From: Eledone cirrhosa
Lineage: Eukaryota
NCBI GenBank assembly: GCA_964016885.1
Contig: OZ024743.1
Span: 72,726,001-72,790,000 of the forward strand
DNA: 64,000 nucleotides
Direction of reading: 5' to 3'
Shown piece after piece: positions 1 to 12,525 of the stretch. Position numbers and translations under genes: made by a program. Numbering within the stretch: position 1 is the stretch's first letter; every line of letters begins with the position of its first letter. Under the pieces are notes generated by a model. That model was not told the origin of the DNA, did no database searches, and was given only the letters and a program-made list of their open reading frames with translations.

Positions 1-43
1 GACCACCAGGGCAAGTGCCCTCTCCCAGTTTTCCACCTTTAAT

Positions 44-3000
44 TTACAGACACATACTCAGATTAGGCCCATTCACTCGGGCCATTCTTGCTTCTCTCAC
101 CCATCTTTCAACAAAATGCTGGGAAGAGAGCACTTCCCTCTCTACTCTTATTTTCCTTTTCAAATGAAATTTGAAAAAGTCAATCAGGGCATCACCGAAG
201 AGGTAAGGTGCTCGTCTTCAGCCCTTTCAAACGTGTCCACATTACTATCTCTTTCGCCATGGCCACCAGACAGATTAAAACTGCGTGCCCTTCCCGGCTA
301 AAGGAAGACGGCGGGGCAATCCTCACGATTGACTCAGCTGATAGATGGATCCGTCCTACACGTGACAGCAGGTGTTCGATATAAACCCACAAGTCAGCAA
401 TGCTCGGACACTGTACGAGTGCGTGCAGGACGGTTTCGTCGCCCTGCGCGCATCTCGAACATGCCCGGCTGACGGCACCTCCATGCCTGTAGAGTTTATC
501 CCGAACTGGCAAAGCTCCTCGGTAGCACTGCCAGGCCACGGATTTCTGGAAGTTGTCCATAGGCCCCGGCCCAAAAGTTCTTCCGAAGAGATTGGCTAGT
601 TGATTTTCGTCGACGCCTAGAGTTTCTCCAAGTACGTAGTCACTCTTCCCCTCCACTAATCCCCTATAGAACGCAAAGGTGGAGTTTCCACCGATCACAT
701 TGCCCGATTGGTCGAGGGCTGTGAGCGCCTGAAGACATTCCAGTCTCCAAGCGCACCCTCTCGGTCTTCGCTTGACCCAGGACTGCAGCTCCGTCAAGGA
801 GACGAGCTGGGGAAAGACGTGTCTAGCAAACGGAGACCACACCTGATCATCGTGGAGAAAAAGGTGGAGATGTCGTAGCCTGAGCGCGTGTCTGCGCATC
901 ATCACCCACGGCATGCCCAGCCCTCCACGTAGCGGGTGTTGACAGCAGATGGACCGCCTGACCATCGGGCGCGTCCCTTCCACAAAAAGCGAAAGAGCAA
1001 ACGCTGCAGCGCAGTCAGGCGTGGCTTAGGACAAGGTACGACGGTCAGGCGGTAGTAGATGATGGACGCGATATACGCGCTAGCCACCTCCGCTCGACCT
1101 TTCAGGGATAGCTGCCTCTCCACCCATTTCTGGGTGAGAGAAGCCACCCTGCTCGTCACCTCGTCCCAGTTGTTGTCCGATTGGAGGTCCGGACCGAACC
1201 AGACCTCTAGCAATTCAACCGATCCGTCCGTCCAGCGCCCGACGACGCTGTTGGACGGCATGGACCTGCCTCTCCATTTGCCGAGCTGCAGGCCCACTGA
1301 CTTTTCCTGGTTGATCATTGCTCCTGTCACCGCTTCGTATTCTCTTAGTGTAGTGCCGATCGCCTCGATGTGTTTGGCGTTCGACACCACTACGGTGACA
1401 TCGTCCACATATGCTGACACAGACCTTCGACATCCTAGTTCGCACGGGACCCTCCTCAACTACTCCAGTTTGTGCAGTAATGGCTCGAGAGTCAATACGT
1501 ACAAGAGGGACGAGATGGGACATCCTTGGCGGACCGAGCGCATGATGTTGAACGGTTCCGAAAGGTGACCGTTCACTCTCACCACAGAGCAGATGTCACT
1601 GTGCATGGAAGCGATCCAGCCTCTGAAGACGGGCCCAATCCAGCCGCCCTCAGGGCTGCCGCTAGGTAACGATTGTCGACCCTATCGAAAGCTTTCGACT
1701 GATCTAAATTGATCAAGTACCCACCCGTGCCAGGTTCCCTAGCTACCCTCTCTACGATGTATCCCATGAGGTGGAGGTTGTCGTGGATGGATCTGTCGGG
1801 AATGGCGCATGTCTGCGCCTCTCCCACCAGACCACCAACGACAAGCGCCAACCTCTTTGCTAGCACCTTGGCCAAAATCTTGAACTCTGTGTTTAGCAGT
1901 GTTATGGGCCTAAAATTATCTATGTTATACCCCTTGTTCGGATCCTTTCTCAGCAGCGCCACAGCTCCTCGGCTCACAGAGCTGGGAATTCTCCCGTGCT
2001 GTTGCCAGTTGCAGTAGACGTCCGCCAAGAGGCCTTCCAACAAGTCTGGCATCTGTACGTAAAGTTCATAAGGCAGACCATCCAAACCAGGCGATCGACC
2101 CCTTGTGCTGCCAGTCATTGCCTCCCGTACTTCAGCGGCTGTTATCGGCTTTTCGCAACACTCCGCCTCATTGGCCGAGAGCCACGGCAGTCCGTCGAGG
2201 TAGACACTAAAGTCCATCCCTTGATCCATCCCGCCGCTGCCCCCGAACAGCTGAGCAAAGTGTCGCTGAAAAGCTTTACACATTTGCCCGGGATCGAGTA
2301 GTATGCGCCCGTCGTGGTCCACCAAAGACCGGATCGTGGCTTTGTTGCCACGATGCGCCTCAGCCACTCGGGCCCATTGAACGGCTTTCGTCCCCTCGTG
2401 TCTGAGAGCACGCACCCTAGCTCTGACAACTCAGCATTCGTGCTTTGCATTGAAGAATTGGTCAAGGGCCAATTTCGCCGCAAGTGCGTCGGTCGCGATG
2501 CCTTTGCTAAGTGCCTCGTCTAATTTTCTAACTAATTCTCCCTCTGCTCTATTTTACTCTATTGCTAAAGCCTTACTAAACCTAATGGACTCTATTTTAA
2601 TTGCTCTTTTCAGAGAAAACCACCACTTGTTGTTGACAATTGCCCCAGTCAACGCCCGCTTAACTAGTTCGCTAATCCGGTCTCTGTAGGCCTTGCGCGC
2701 TGGTAAGGACGCCTTTAGCTTCCAGTAGCCGGGTCCTCGTTTATGAGGCCTATCTAAGTCAAGCACACAGATCAAGAATGTGTGGTCCGTGTAGCTGACT
2801 ATCTTGAATTGTGGACAGCCTATGCTAGACCTATCTATTTCCCTATAAAATACTCTATCTAGATATGATCTGGATGACCCTATGCGATTTGTCCAAGTCC
2901 ACATTGGCACATTCGGGAAATCCTATCGGTACCTGTCAGACAGTTCAAAACGCCTGAGCAGGTTGGTGAGGCTCTTGCACCCTCCTCCCCAATCCGCTAA

Positions 3001-3462
3001 TCCCACACAGTCCCAGCGTGCATCTAAGATCCCGTTCCAGTCGCCCACTAACACTAAAGAGCGGGACGTTCCAAGAAAGGTCTCCAGACGCCGGAAGAAG
3101 TCAGGCCGCCCTACTCCTGTCGGGGCATAGACGGCCACTAGCCTGAAAGCTTGCCCGTCTCCACTGGTCACGTCTAGCACCACCAACTTACCTTTTGGGT
3201 ACAGGAAGATGGCCCGTATAGCGAGATCCAAACCTCTCCGAAAAAGCCCAGCAAATCCACCCCCCGATCCCGGACGGCTGGGAGATCTGTATACATCGTA
3301 GCCGCCGACGAACGGTGCGAAGGCCCGTGCTTCGGAGATTCTGGTCTCGCTGATGGCCAGCACATCTATGTTTAGTGACCTGGGGTCGTTGAGCAGGTGG
3401 CCCTGCTTCCATGACGACCCCAAGCCACGCGCATTTATGCTGCCTAATCTGAGTGAGGTCAT
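44..3462 (-). pseudogene. Tx1-type ORF2 (APE endonuclease + reverse transcriptase + C-terminal Cys/His motif), frameshifted
   Basis: GSINARGL/LAISET and VGDWN (APE); SPGLDGLPYE, NFRPITLLN, LDQSKAFDRV, YVDDVTV (RT); CSRC..ETVLHALVQC; spread over ORFs 2923-3462, 2554-2910, 1579-2415, 902-1459 and 192-983. Confidence 0.92.
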
Positions 3463-3496
3463 GTTGAAATGGAGTGGAAAAGATGGAAAAGACCAC

Positions 3497-4827
3497 TTAG
3501 TTTATTTCTCGTAGAAGAAGTGGTTTGTCCATCCTTTTCACTGCTTGTGGCCTCCTCCGGAAGGATGTCCTTATAAATCCTCCTGGAGTGTGTTTGTCGG
3601 AAGTCTCCGATGTCTTTGGGGAATTTTTGTTTTAGTGTTGTGTACGTTTTCTGTGTGATTCAAGTGATATGTATGTGTGGAGGTGGTGTGAATGTTTGGG
3701 TTGTTGTGTAGTCTTTTTCTTTTATTCTGGTGTTGTATTGCATGTAGTGTAATAATTGGTTGTTGTTCAAATGTAATGCTGTGTAGTGTGTATAGTTTTG
3801 GTTGTTTTGTTTTGTTTGCCTTTGTTGTGGGTTTGTTTCTGTTTCCCTTTTTGGTGACTTTTGTGGTGTTGGTGATGGTGGTGTTGGGGTTAATGATGGT
3901 GATGGTGTTGGTATTTGTGGTGATGGCGTTGGTGATGCTGGTGTGGATGGTGGCATATCTGTCCTAAATTTTTTGTTTGATAATTTATTTGTTTCCCTCT
4001 GTATTTTGTTTTTGGAGTGGGAAGGAAGATAATTTTTTCTTTTTTGGATTCTTTTTTTCTTTTTTCCTGATACCGTTTCCCACTCCTCGTCGTCACAATC
4101 TGTCTCCAGTTGCGATAAGCCGGGGAGTGGAAAATCCTCCACGGGCGTTGGTTTTGGTTGTGGCGTGGTGGATGGTGTAGGCGCTTGTGCCAGTTCTGGC
4201 GCGTAGGGTGGTGGTGGTGGTTTTGCTACTGTTTCTGGGGTTGTTGCTGTTACAGTTGCTTCTATTGTTGCTTCTATTTCGATGGCCGGTGGAACGTGGG
4301 TCACCCTGATCTTCACAAGTCTCTGGCCACAATAGCTTGGGACGAGTGTGAAGTCGTCACTTCTTAATGGGGCCATGGCTCTGGCCTCCTGTGGTGTTTC
4401 AAAGAACACGTCCACGGTTCCATATTTCTGCCCACGTCTGATGTGTGTTTTTTTTTTCACACATGTCCCAAAGCTTTGTGGATTTGGGACACGGATGCTC
4501 GCTCCACTCGGCGCGATTTTATGTTAATTGTCCGATAAGACACGGTGCATAGGCGACGATGCTCCATTTGAGTAGGGGGGGGGGGTTGAGGCTGAACTGG
4601 TACCCATATTTCTTTACCATTTTTTTGGCTTCTTCTAATCCCTCCTGAGGTACCTGGATCGCTTCGCACGTTTTTGCTACTCTGGCAAAACTCAGGGTAG
4701 TTTTCTTAATTTCATTGTTGCTGTTGTTGTTATCGTTATTTTTGTTATTGTTAATTTTAGTTTCAGTTGTGGTGGTGGTGGCGTCAGTGGTGTTCGGTGT
4801 GGAAGAATTCATTTTGGTTGAATTCAT
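3497..4827 (-). pseudogene. LINE ORF1 remnant (RRM-like segment, Pro/Thr-rich linker)
   Basis: Directly upstream of ORF2; SFARVAK, YGTVDVFFETPQEA, WETVSGKKKKR; broken by frameshifts; no zinc knuckle seen in this copy. Confidence 0.7.
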
Positions 4828-5291
4828 TTCGATATCATGAGTTAATTTTTTTTTTTTTCTTTTGTTTCTGTTGTCGCTGTGGTGGTGGTGGTGGCGGCGG
4901 CTTTAACACCTGCAGTCTTTGGTAATGGCGGGAAATGAATGACTGGCTGAGACAAATTAAAAATATTGCTACTACTTATATTTTTAGTTTTGGCAAACGT
5001 AGTAATATTTACAATGGTGGTGTCGGTGTGAGGTGTTAGTTTGTGAGGAAGGCTCTCAGCTACTGAGTCGGCCTTGATTTTTCAAAGAAAATTTTTTTGT
5101 TTGATAATTATAAAAAGTTTAAATTTTGGGCTCAAGGCCCCTATCTTTTTGAGTGTCTTTTTCAGAAATCAATGTATGTGCACTTATATACAGTTAACAA
5201 TAAAAACTTTCCATAAATAGCAATTTTAAACAACTGAAAATAACAAACATTTGCGGAGCTCACGATGATACGATTTACTACGTAGGTCGCC

Positions 5292-5349
<58 letters not shown>

Positions 5350-5356
5350 GTAATAA
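5292..5356. repeat. (AAT)n microsatellite at the Tx1 5' junction
   Basis: About 20 AAT units. Confidence 0.98.
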
Positions 5357-5359
5357 AAA

Positions 5360-5527
5360 TTGTTTCTACTTTTGACACAAGGCCAGCAATTAACCCAGTG
5401 TATTACTGGTACCTTATGTTATCGACCCCGTAAGAGTGAAAGGCAAAGTTACCTTCGGCTTGATTTGAACTCAGACCATAAAGGGCCGTAACACTTCCAA
5501 CCCTCTACCGATGCTGCCAATCCACCT
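5360..5527 (-). mobile_element. tRNA-derived SINE family 1 (Deu/Nin-like central domain)
   Basis: Reverse complement has a B-box-like gagttcaaatc and ctttgcctttca..cggggtcgataa..gtaccag, shared with copies at 32.9, 33.6, 42.4, 43.1 and 48.5 kb. Confidence 0.8.
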
Positions 5528-6752
5528 AATAAACTATAAGGTTTGAAAGCGACTAAAATGCGATTGCGGGGAAATTATCCAGGTAATAATCTCTTAATAA
5601 TAATAATAATAATTCTTCAATAACCTCAATGTTTTACCTATTGAGTTTTACATTTAGCTGAATGATTTAACACATTATTCTATCTTTATATCAAACTATG
5701 ATGTTAACAAATCTAAACATTAATCCCGAGCTGCTGAACCTCAAATGAATTGACAATATCACAGGCTTAACAACAATTTGATGTCGTACAATTGTTTTAA
5801 TATCATTTTAAATATCTTAATAGAACATGGCTATTATGCGGTTATTCGTACCTGTTATATCTAAATCATCAATAATAATATCAGATGTCAATAGAGAGAG
5901 TTGCAATAGTTGCAATGTCTGTAGCATTGACATAATATTAGAAGTAGAGGTAAACATAGAAGTGTATTTACAGCTGACATAGATTTACAACAATATAACA
6001 TATATATAGCCTCATGGAATTATCTCTATTTCTGGACACTTATTTTCAGGCAGACGAGTCAAAATTATCTTGCAGAATAGTTTTCTCTTGAAAATGTGAA
6101 GATATTATTTATAACAAATTTCAGAAACTGGTCGGACATGCATTTAAAGAGTCTGTAAATGAAGACGAGGTTTGGGTATGCAAAACGCATGTTCCATCCA
6201 CTGAAGCAGAACTTTACGAAACGTTCGGAATCTATTTTCAAATGTAACATTTATAGAACGTAATGACAATAATAAAGAGATCATTTATATGTGTGCTGAA
6301 GAAGCATGCATAGAAAAATGGTTGATGGTCATCAAATGTATACAAACGATCAAATTCTATTGTGACCGTATTTACATTGTTCAAAGGTTAAATGTTTTTA
6401 GATCAGAAACCTTAACGGAATAGGAAGACTTACAAAAGACATTAGAACTCACACTGCACATGTATGAATTTCAGTTCATTTTGAAAGAAAATAAAATCTG
6501 TATTTTACACAAAGATTTCCTACGTGGGCAAATGAAACAACTAATCTAAATAATACACAACACACATTGTGATTCCTCTTAAATCGAGGCGTACGTATAT
6601 GAAGCCTTCTCTATTCATATTTTCCATACCATTAAGCTTTTGACTAAACTGAGAAAATCAAGAATTATTGGGATTGTAAAAAGGCACCACGAATAAGCAC
6701 TACCATTCTTAAAATTCACGACACTTCTATTTTACTTTTATAGACTATAGAT

Positions 6753-6898
6753 CAGTCATGGGAAAACTGTAGCCGGTTAGACTTCTGAAAGTCATGCCTA
6801 ACTTCAACATTGCCTTGAATCTTTTTAGTAGTGCGGCCCGCCTTATATTGAATCACATCCTATGTGGCCCACTGCTTGAAACATATTGCCCATACATG
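6753..6898. mobile_element. hAT (Charlie-like) MITE
   Basis: Imperfect TIRs cagtcatgggaaa / ttgcccatacatg; internal gcggcccg; exact 8-bp TSD ctatagat at 6745-6752 and 6899-6906. Confidence 0.85.
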
Positions 6899-8924
6899 CT
6901 ATAGATGGTGTTGGTCGTGTAACACTTTAGAAGAAGCTACGAGGCAGAAAAGAAAGATATGATTGCACACGATATAGCTGAAACAAATGAAATAGAATCT
7001 GAAGATGATAAAATAATATTTGCATGTATATAACTGCAGAGAAAAACAGAAATTCTTCTTCATAGATGAAGAAGGATTATCGGACAAATCGTAGGTATAC
7101 AGGTCAACAAGAAGCTGCTGGAGACATGTACAAAAAAGAAACCATGTTAAGTGCAAAATCTACACAACAGATTTAAACGTACTGTTCCTATACTGGATAC
7201 ATTAACATCCTGTATGAGACTTGTTTTCCCTGGACTCCAATTGTATCCTTCAGGTTTTCCATTTTATAATCATGGAAGAAGCCATGCTAGCCTCTATTTT
7301 GATCAAAACAACTATAACGTTCCAAAGAGATATAATGGAGAACGAAAGATCATTTGATGGGGAAATTGATGATTTGTAAAAGACTTCTGTCAAATAATGA
7401 TTCTGATTCTAAGAAACCGAAATAACGATAACATCCAGCCTTGCAAAAAACGCTTAGAAAAATAGTTTGACTAACAACAGGAAAAAGATGACAAAACGAA
7501 TTTTCGGTGAAGCTACTTATCTCAGTGAGTAAGTGATCGTGGTTTGACTTAGAATCGAAGTTTCTTGAAGGAAAGATGAGAAAAATATATTGTGAAACCC
7601 TCTATTAAATGAATAATAGAGATAATACTCACCACAATAATCAGATATTCAATCATTCTCAACACTTATATTTTGGATTGTATTCTCGATGATGTCACAA
7701 CACATCATGGTGTTCAGAAATTTGCATTACATTCTTCTATTGAGAGTTTATATGAACAAATTTCCTCGGGTGTATTGGCCTATGAACAGAAGATAAATAC
7801 TAGCTCTGCAATAATGCCTCTTGGAAATTTCAATCCAACCATTGGATTTTTCGCTGCACTTCTCTTGAATATCTATCACGGGAAGAGCTTCATATTCACA
7901 CAAACAGACACACAGATGCGAAACCAATAACAGATTCCTTATCGTATGAATTATTTTAACTCCAAGTAAAAATTAATTTAACATCCTTACTAAACTAGAC
8001 AGGCATTTCAGCTTTCTTCCGTTTGCAGTAATGACAAAATATTATTTTAATGAATTAGAATTGCTTTTGCCACAGCTTGTATTCAACTAGGGCCAGCTGT
8101 GTTTAATGTCAGTGAGAAAAGCTTACCAGATAACATCAAGAAGAAATCATGGTTTCAATCATCCTTATAAACAATGTTACAATCACAACATTATTTAATC
8201 AAATATTTATATACTGAAATTCATGTTTGCATAATCTAATCATTAACAAAAACCAATATTTACCATTTTTACGCTATGTTGATATGAACATACGAATGAG
8301 ACATTATTATTTTTACAGAGTGAAACAATTATTTCAATCGTCAGTATATCATCCCATCATTAACACATTTTGAATGTCAGCGATAACATGCACTTTTGTG
8401 ATATTGGACCGCAGCATGATATACGGTGAAATTATAGAAAGGAACAAGAACAGACTTAGCTATACGTAGCTATACATACATATATTTAACAATACATAGA
8501 TACTTGACCCATGGGGGGGGGGGGGTCCCGGGACCCCCGCAGTGTGGGGCCCCACCATTAATGGCAGTGGTAATTTATTTGTGCCCTCTGCTTGTCTTTT
8601 TAGTTTTATCCCTTTGACGAGAACTATAATTTTAACAAAATGTATTTTATGACTTCATGGAGCAAAATTTCTCAAATATCTGGTCTAGGACTGCACCAAT
8701 CTGTCCAACACAAACCAGTGTGAAAAATGGACGTAAAATGATGATGGTTAGATTTTCTTTAATTTCAATACCTGTATGTATAACTTTTCAATTCCAATTA
8801 TTTACGCCAATCCTACTCTGATATGTAAAATTCGGGATTTGCTGTGTATTCTAACTTTTTTTGTGTACGAGGGACACTCCAAACCTGAAATGCCCCGAGC
8901 ACTACCACCCCCAACTCTAAACCC

Positions 8925-9190
8925 GGCCGTGCGTAGATACTATAGAAATGAACACGAATAGACTAAGCTATACGTAGCTATACATAGATATACTTAGCTA
9001 TACTTAGATAACATAGACGATAACACTGACAGATTTAGATCGGCCGTGCGTAGATACTATATAAATGAACACGAATAGACTAAGCTATACGTGGCTATAC
9101 ATAGCTATACTTAGCTATACTTAGATGATATAGACAATAAGACTGACAGATTTAGCAATACGTAGCTACATTTAGTTATACGTAGACCAT
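8925..9190. repeat. Tandem repeat, about 116-bp unit (2 copies plus a partial; related sequence at 8430-8505)
   Basis: cggccgtgcgtagatactata recurs at 8925 and 9041. Confidence 0.85.
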
Positions 9191-10265
9191 ATAGAAAAAA
9201 ACACGAAGCATATGCTAACGGACCAGAAACAGATGAACAGACTTATCTATTCGAAAGAATGTCAAATATGAGACATTTATTTTGGGTAATTTCTTTTGAA
9301 ACCGGGAAATCGCATCTTAGATTTCTTGCTTAGTATAACGTATTAATTTGCTAGATATGATAATATGCTTTATTTCTCATATGTTTGTTTAGTAGATAAT
9401 TACAACGAAGCATAGAACTCTCTATGGAGCATTTTCAGTCCATCCGAATATATTTATTGGATATGAAATGTTAGAATTCAGTTAAATATACCAAGATGAA
9501 CTTCCATTTTATTCAAATCCTCTAAAGGATTCAGTAAATGCTCTATTGCGATGGATGCTCCACTATATAACATCGAATTATCTTTTATTAGATAATCTTC
9601 GATTTTTATTAAAATATTATCTTTGCTGACTAAATATATATATTTAAAAAAATCTGATACAAATTACTCATATGTGGTATATTCATGAAAATTAATAGTT
9701 AGGTTTCAATATTTAAATGATTTTAGAATGATATTTAAATCTTGGTCAATGTTTATTATCATATTAATCATGGCGGGCAAACGTGAGAGATATCTTCGGA
9801 CATGTCTCAGTTTAATTATCTCTTTTCAGGAAAGACAAGCAGTAACGAGGAATTATATGTAGATACGTACAAATTTCATACACCATTTGGCATTGGCAAT
9901 TTTCATATTGTATTAAAGGATTTACACAGAGAAATGAAAACAATAGTTAAATTAATATAATTAATGCAGTGGTTGTTAAAAGACTAAGTAGATACTGTCA
10001 CATTATATAATATCTTGTTTTCTCTTAGTTAACCATTATATTAAAAAACGGTCTATTATTGTCCAGTAAATATTTTTAGAGAGTTAGATTGCTTTTCGTG
10101 TCACTTGTTAGCGTGTCTGAAATTTATATTGAATGTAACCTACTTAAAACTAATTTAAGGTTTCATCATCATAAAGACTTCCCTTCGAATTATACCAGAA
10201 CTACTTTAGGTATAATATTAAACAAAAGAATGTTACCAAAACTTAAATAACGTTTCCTCCCGATA

Positions 10266-10329
<64 letters not shown>

Positions 10330-10330
<1 letters not shown>

Positions 10331-10800
10331 AAAATGTAATCAGAAATTCCAAAACAAAGGACACAGTACAATGAAGAAATATATTAACATGAGACTGTTT
10401 GAAATAGCAGGATGAGAGTCTTCGCGTTTCGGATACTATTCCTTCATTCGGAGATAGAGTAATAAATAGAAGATAAATAGAAAGTAAAGAGCGATGAGTG
10501 TTTGGAAATGGGGGGGGGGGCGTACGTATTCAGTCAGCTATAATGGAGAGTGGTATGATTAAAGACTGGGTGTTGGGAGAAGGTGTAGAAGCGACAGGAG
10601 AAGACAGGTGGTGTGGAGTAGAAAAGGATGTGAGGTGGTGTAAGGAAATGGCGAAAACACAGGGGTAGAGGGTAGAGTAAGAGCGGGAGGAAACTAGAGA
10701 GGGTACCAGGGTGAGAGAGAAATAGACTGATGAGATGGAGAAGGTGAGAAGGGAGAAATTAGAAGTGGATAGTGTCGGAAATGTGATGGTGAGTGGTGGG
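10330..10800 (-). mobile_element. Penelope-like 3' end/pLTR remnant with decayed minimal hammerhead
   Basis: Pyrimidine-rich minus strand between microsatellites; rc gaatgaa-gga..tcc-gaaacgcg at 10418-10452. Confidence 0.45.
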
Positions 10801-10801
10801 G

Positions 10802-10832
<31 letters not shown>

Positions 10833-10905
10833 ACATTATGAAGAGAGAAGAAACATTTAGATATAATTAGTAATAAAATGTATTATACCTAAACTGCTTC
10901 TAGAT

Positions 10906-10956
10906 TCCTCGACTACGTAGTTTCGTGGCATAAACAAAAACAATACATCATAAAGA
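10906..10956 (-). ncRNA. Decayed hammerhead ribozyme motif
   Basis: rc tcttt-ATGATGT..GAAA-CTACGTAG-TC-gagga; palindromic stem III and GUC retained, core mutated. Confidence 0.45.
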
Positions 10957-11383
10957 TATAGAGTGCTTGCGAGGTCTGCCGACTTATCAAGAGGATACCT
11001 CATTTTACTAGCTTCAAGAACGCGTCTACACGACGTGAGAAAGAATCCTAAAAGGCGGAGGGGGAGATAGTCACGCGATATAACGGTCGAGAAACAGAGC
11101 TAAGCCTCTTATAACCCCGAAGAAAATACCACGGAGGCGGAGGGGGTATTTATATCGAAGCCGTAGAAGAGGTGGTGAAGGGGTCGAGAAGTATGAGTAA
11201 TGGCAGCTTTCCAGCAGTCACCACACTTCAAAGATTACTCGACCAGAGGGAGTTATGAACAATATATTTAGAAACACACAGATACATGCGGACACACACA
11301 TATACATGTATATGTGTGTTTTTAAATATATTATATATATATATATATTTATTGGATTTTAGTCTTCAAATTTATTATTATTA

Positions 11384-11428
<45 letters not shown>

Positions 11429-12525
11429 TTTTCGATGTTTATTAGGAGGGGTCCACAGTTAAGCACGTTGCTCAATACGTTAATAGAGTAAAGGCATATT
11501 TATTTTATTATAGAGCTGGCTTCTACAGGAACAGAAGTGTTTCATTCATGTTTACAAAAATGCGTGCATGTAAGAGATTGCTTATGTGTGTGATTTTACG
11601 AGAGTGCCCCTGTGTGTGGTTATGAATGTGTGCATGTGTGTTTGTATTCGGGGCTAGGGGAGACTATATTTGTGACCACGGAGTGAGATCGAAGCCGAAA
11701 TAAACCATAAACATTTGAACCCTTGATATATTCATTCGCCTCTATATTTCTGATATTTAGTGGATCAAACGATATGTACTTTACTATACATATTGCCCTA
11801 TAGATCACCATGGAATATTTTCTTCGTTACTGTTTCACTATTTATTATCTGCAGCACCTTCAAAATAGTCTTTGCTAATGAATACTTTATTGTGTATTGC
11901 ACCTCTACCGTAGCTAACAAGTAATTGACGCTAATGATATTTCACTGAATATATGACCAATTATTGCATACATTGTAGACGTTATTGAAGGTAATCGTCA
12001 CTCTCTTACTATAGTCATGCTGCTTCATATTCAAACTTGCAGTTACATTAACAATATTGATGTCTATTACTTGAGGTTTGATGGCTTCACTTGATGTTGA
12101 AACCTAAGGTTTGTGAAGGGACAAGAATACTAAATTGTATCAACACAATAGCAGTAAAATATTACTAATTCACTATTATATTGCTATTCCCCTTAATTGC
12201 TAGAATTTGTTGGATGCTCAACAAAGAGTCGAGAGTGACATCGTGCTTTCATAACATATTAATTTAACATGGTGAGAAAGGACGTTAATATGAAAGACAT
12301 GAAAATAATGATAAAATAATGTTGCATGACACATGAAATCTGCAAGACTATGTTCTACACAATACATGCAAAAGGTGAGAACAATGCAAAGAATTTTACA
12401 ATGTAATGTGGATGTGGAAACGATGTAATCGTCCCACTTAAAATACGATAGCTTCAATATAGTTAATAAAAGTGGCAATAATAATAATAATAATAACAAT
12501 AATAATAATAATAATAATAATAATA

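Larger units (their letters stand above)
1..5291 (-). mobile_element. Tx1/L1-clade LINE, copy 1 (decayed; 3' end runs off the window, 5' end abuts (AAT)n)
   Basis: ORF1-like region plus frameshifted APE-RT-zinc finger ORF2 on the minus strand; homologous to 21533-25489. Confidence 0.9.

Noticed and set aside
1059-2301. Plus-strand ORFs over the Tx1 element (and similar antisense ORFs in other LINEs)
   Set aside because: Antisense shadows of GC-richer RT coding sequence
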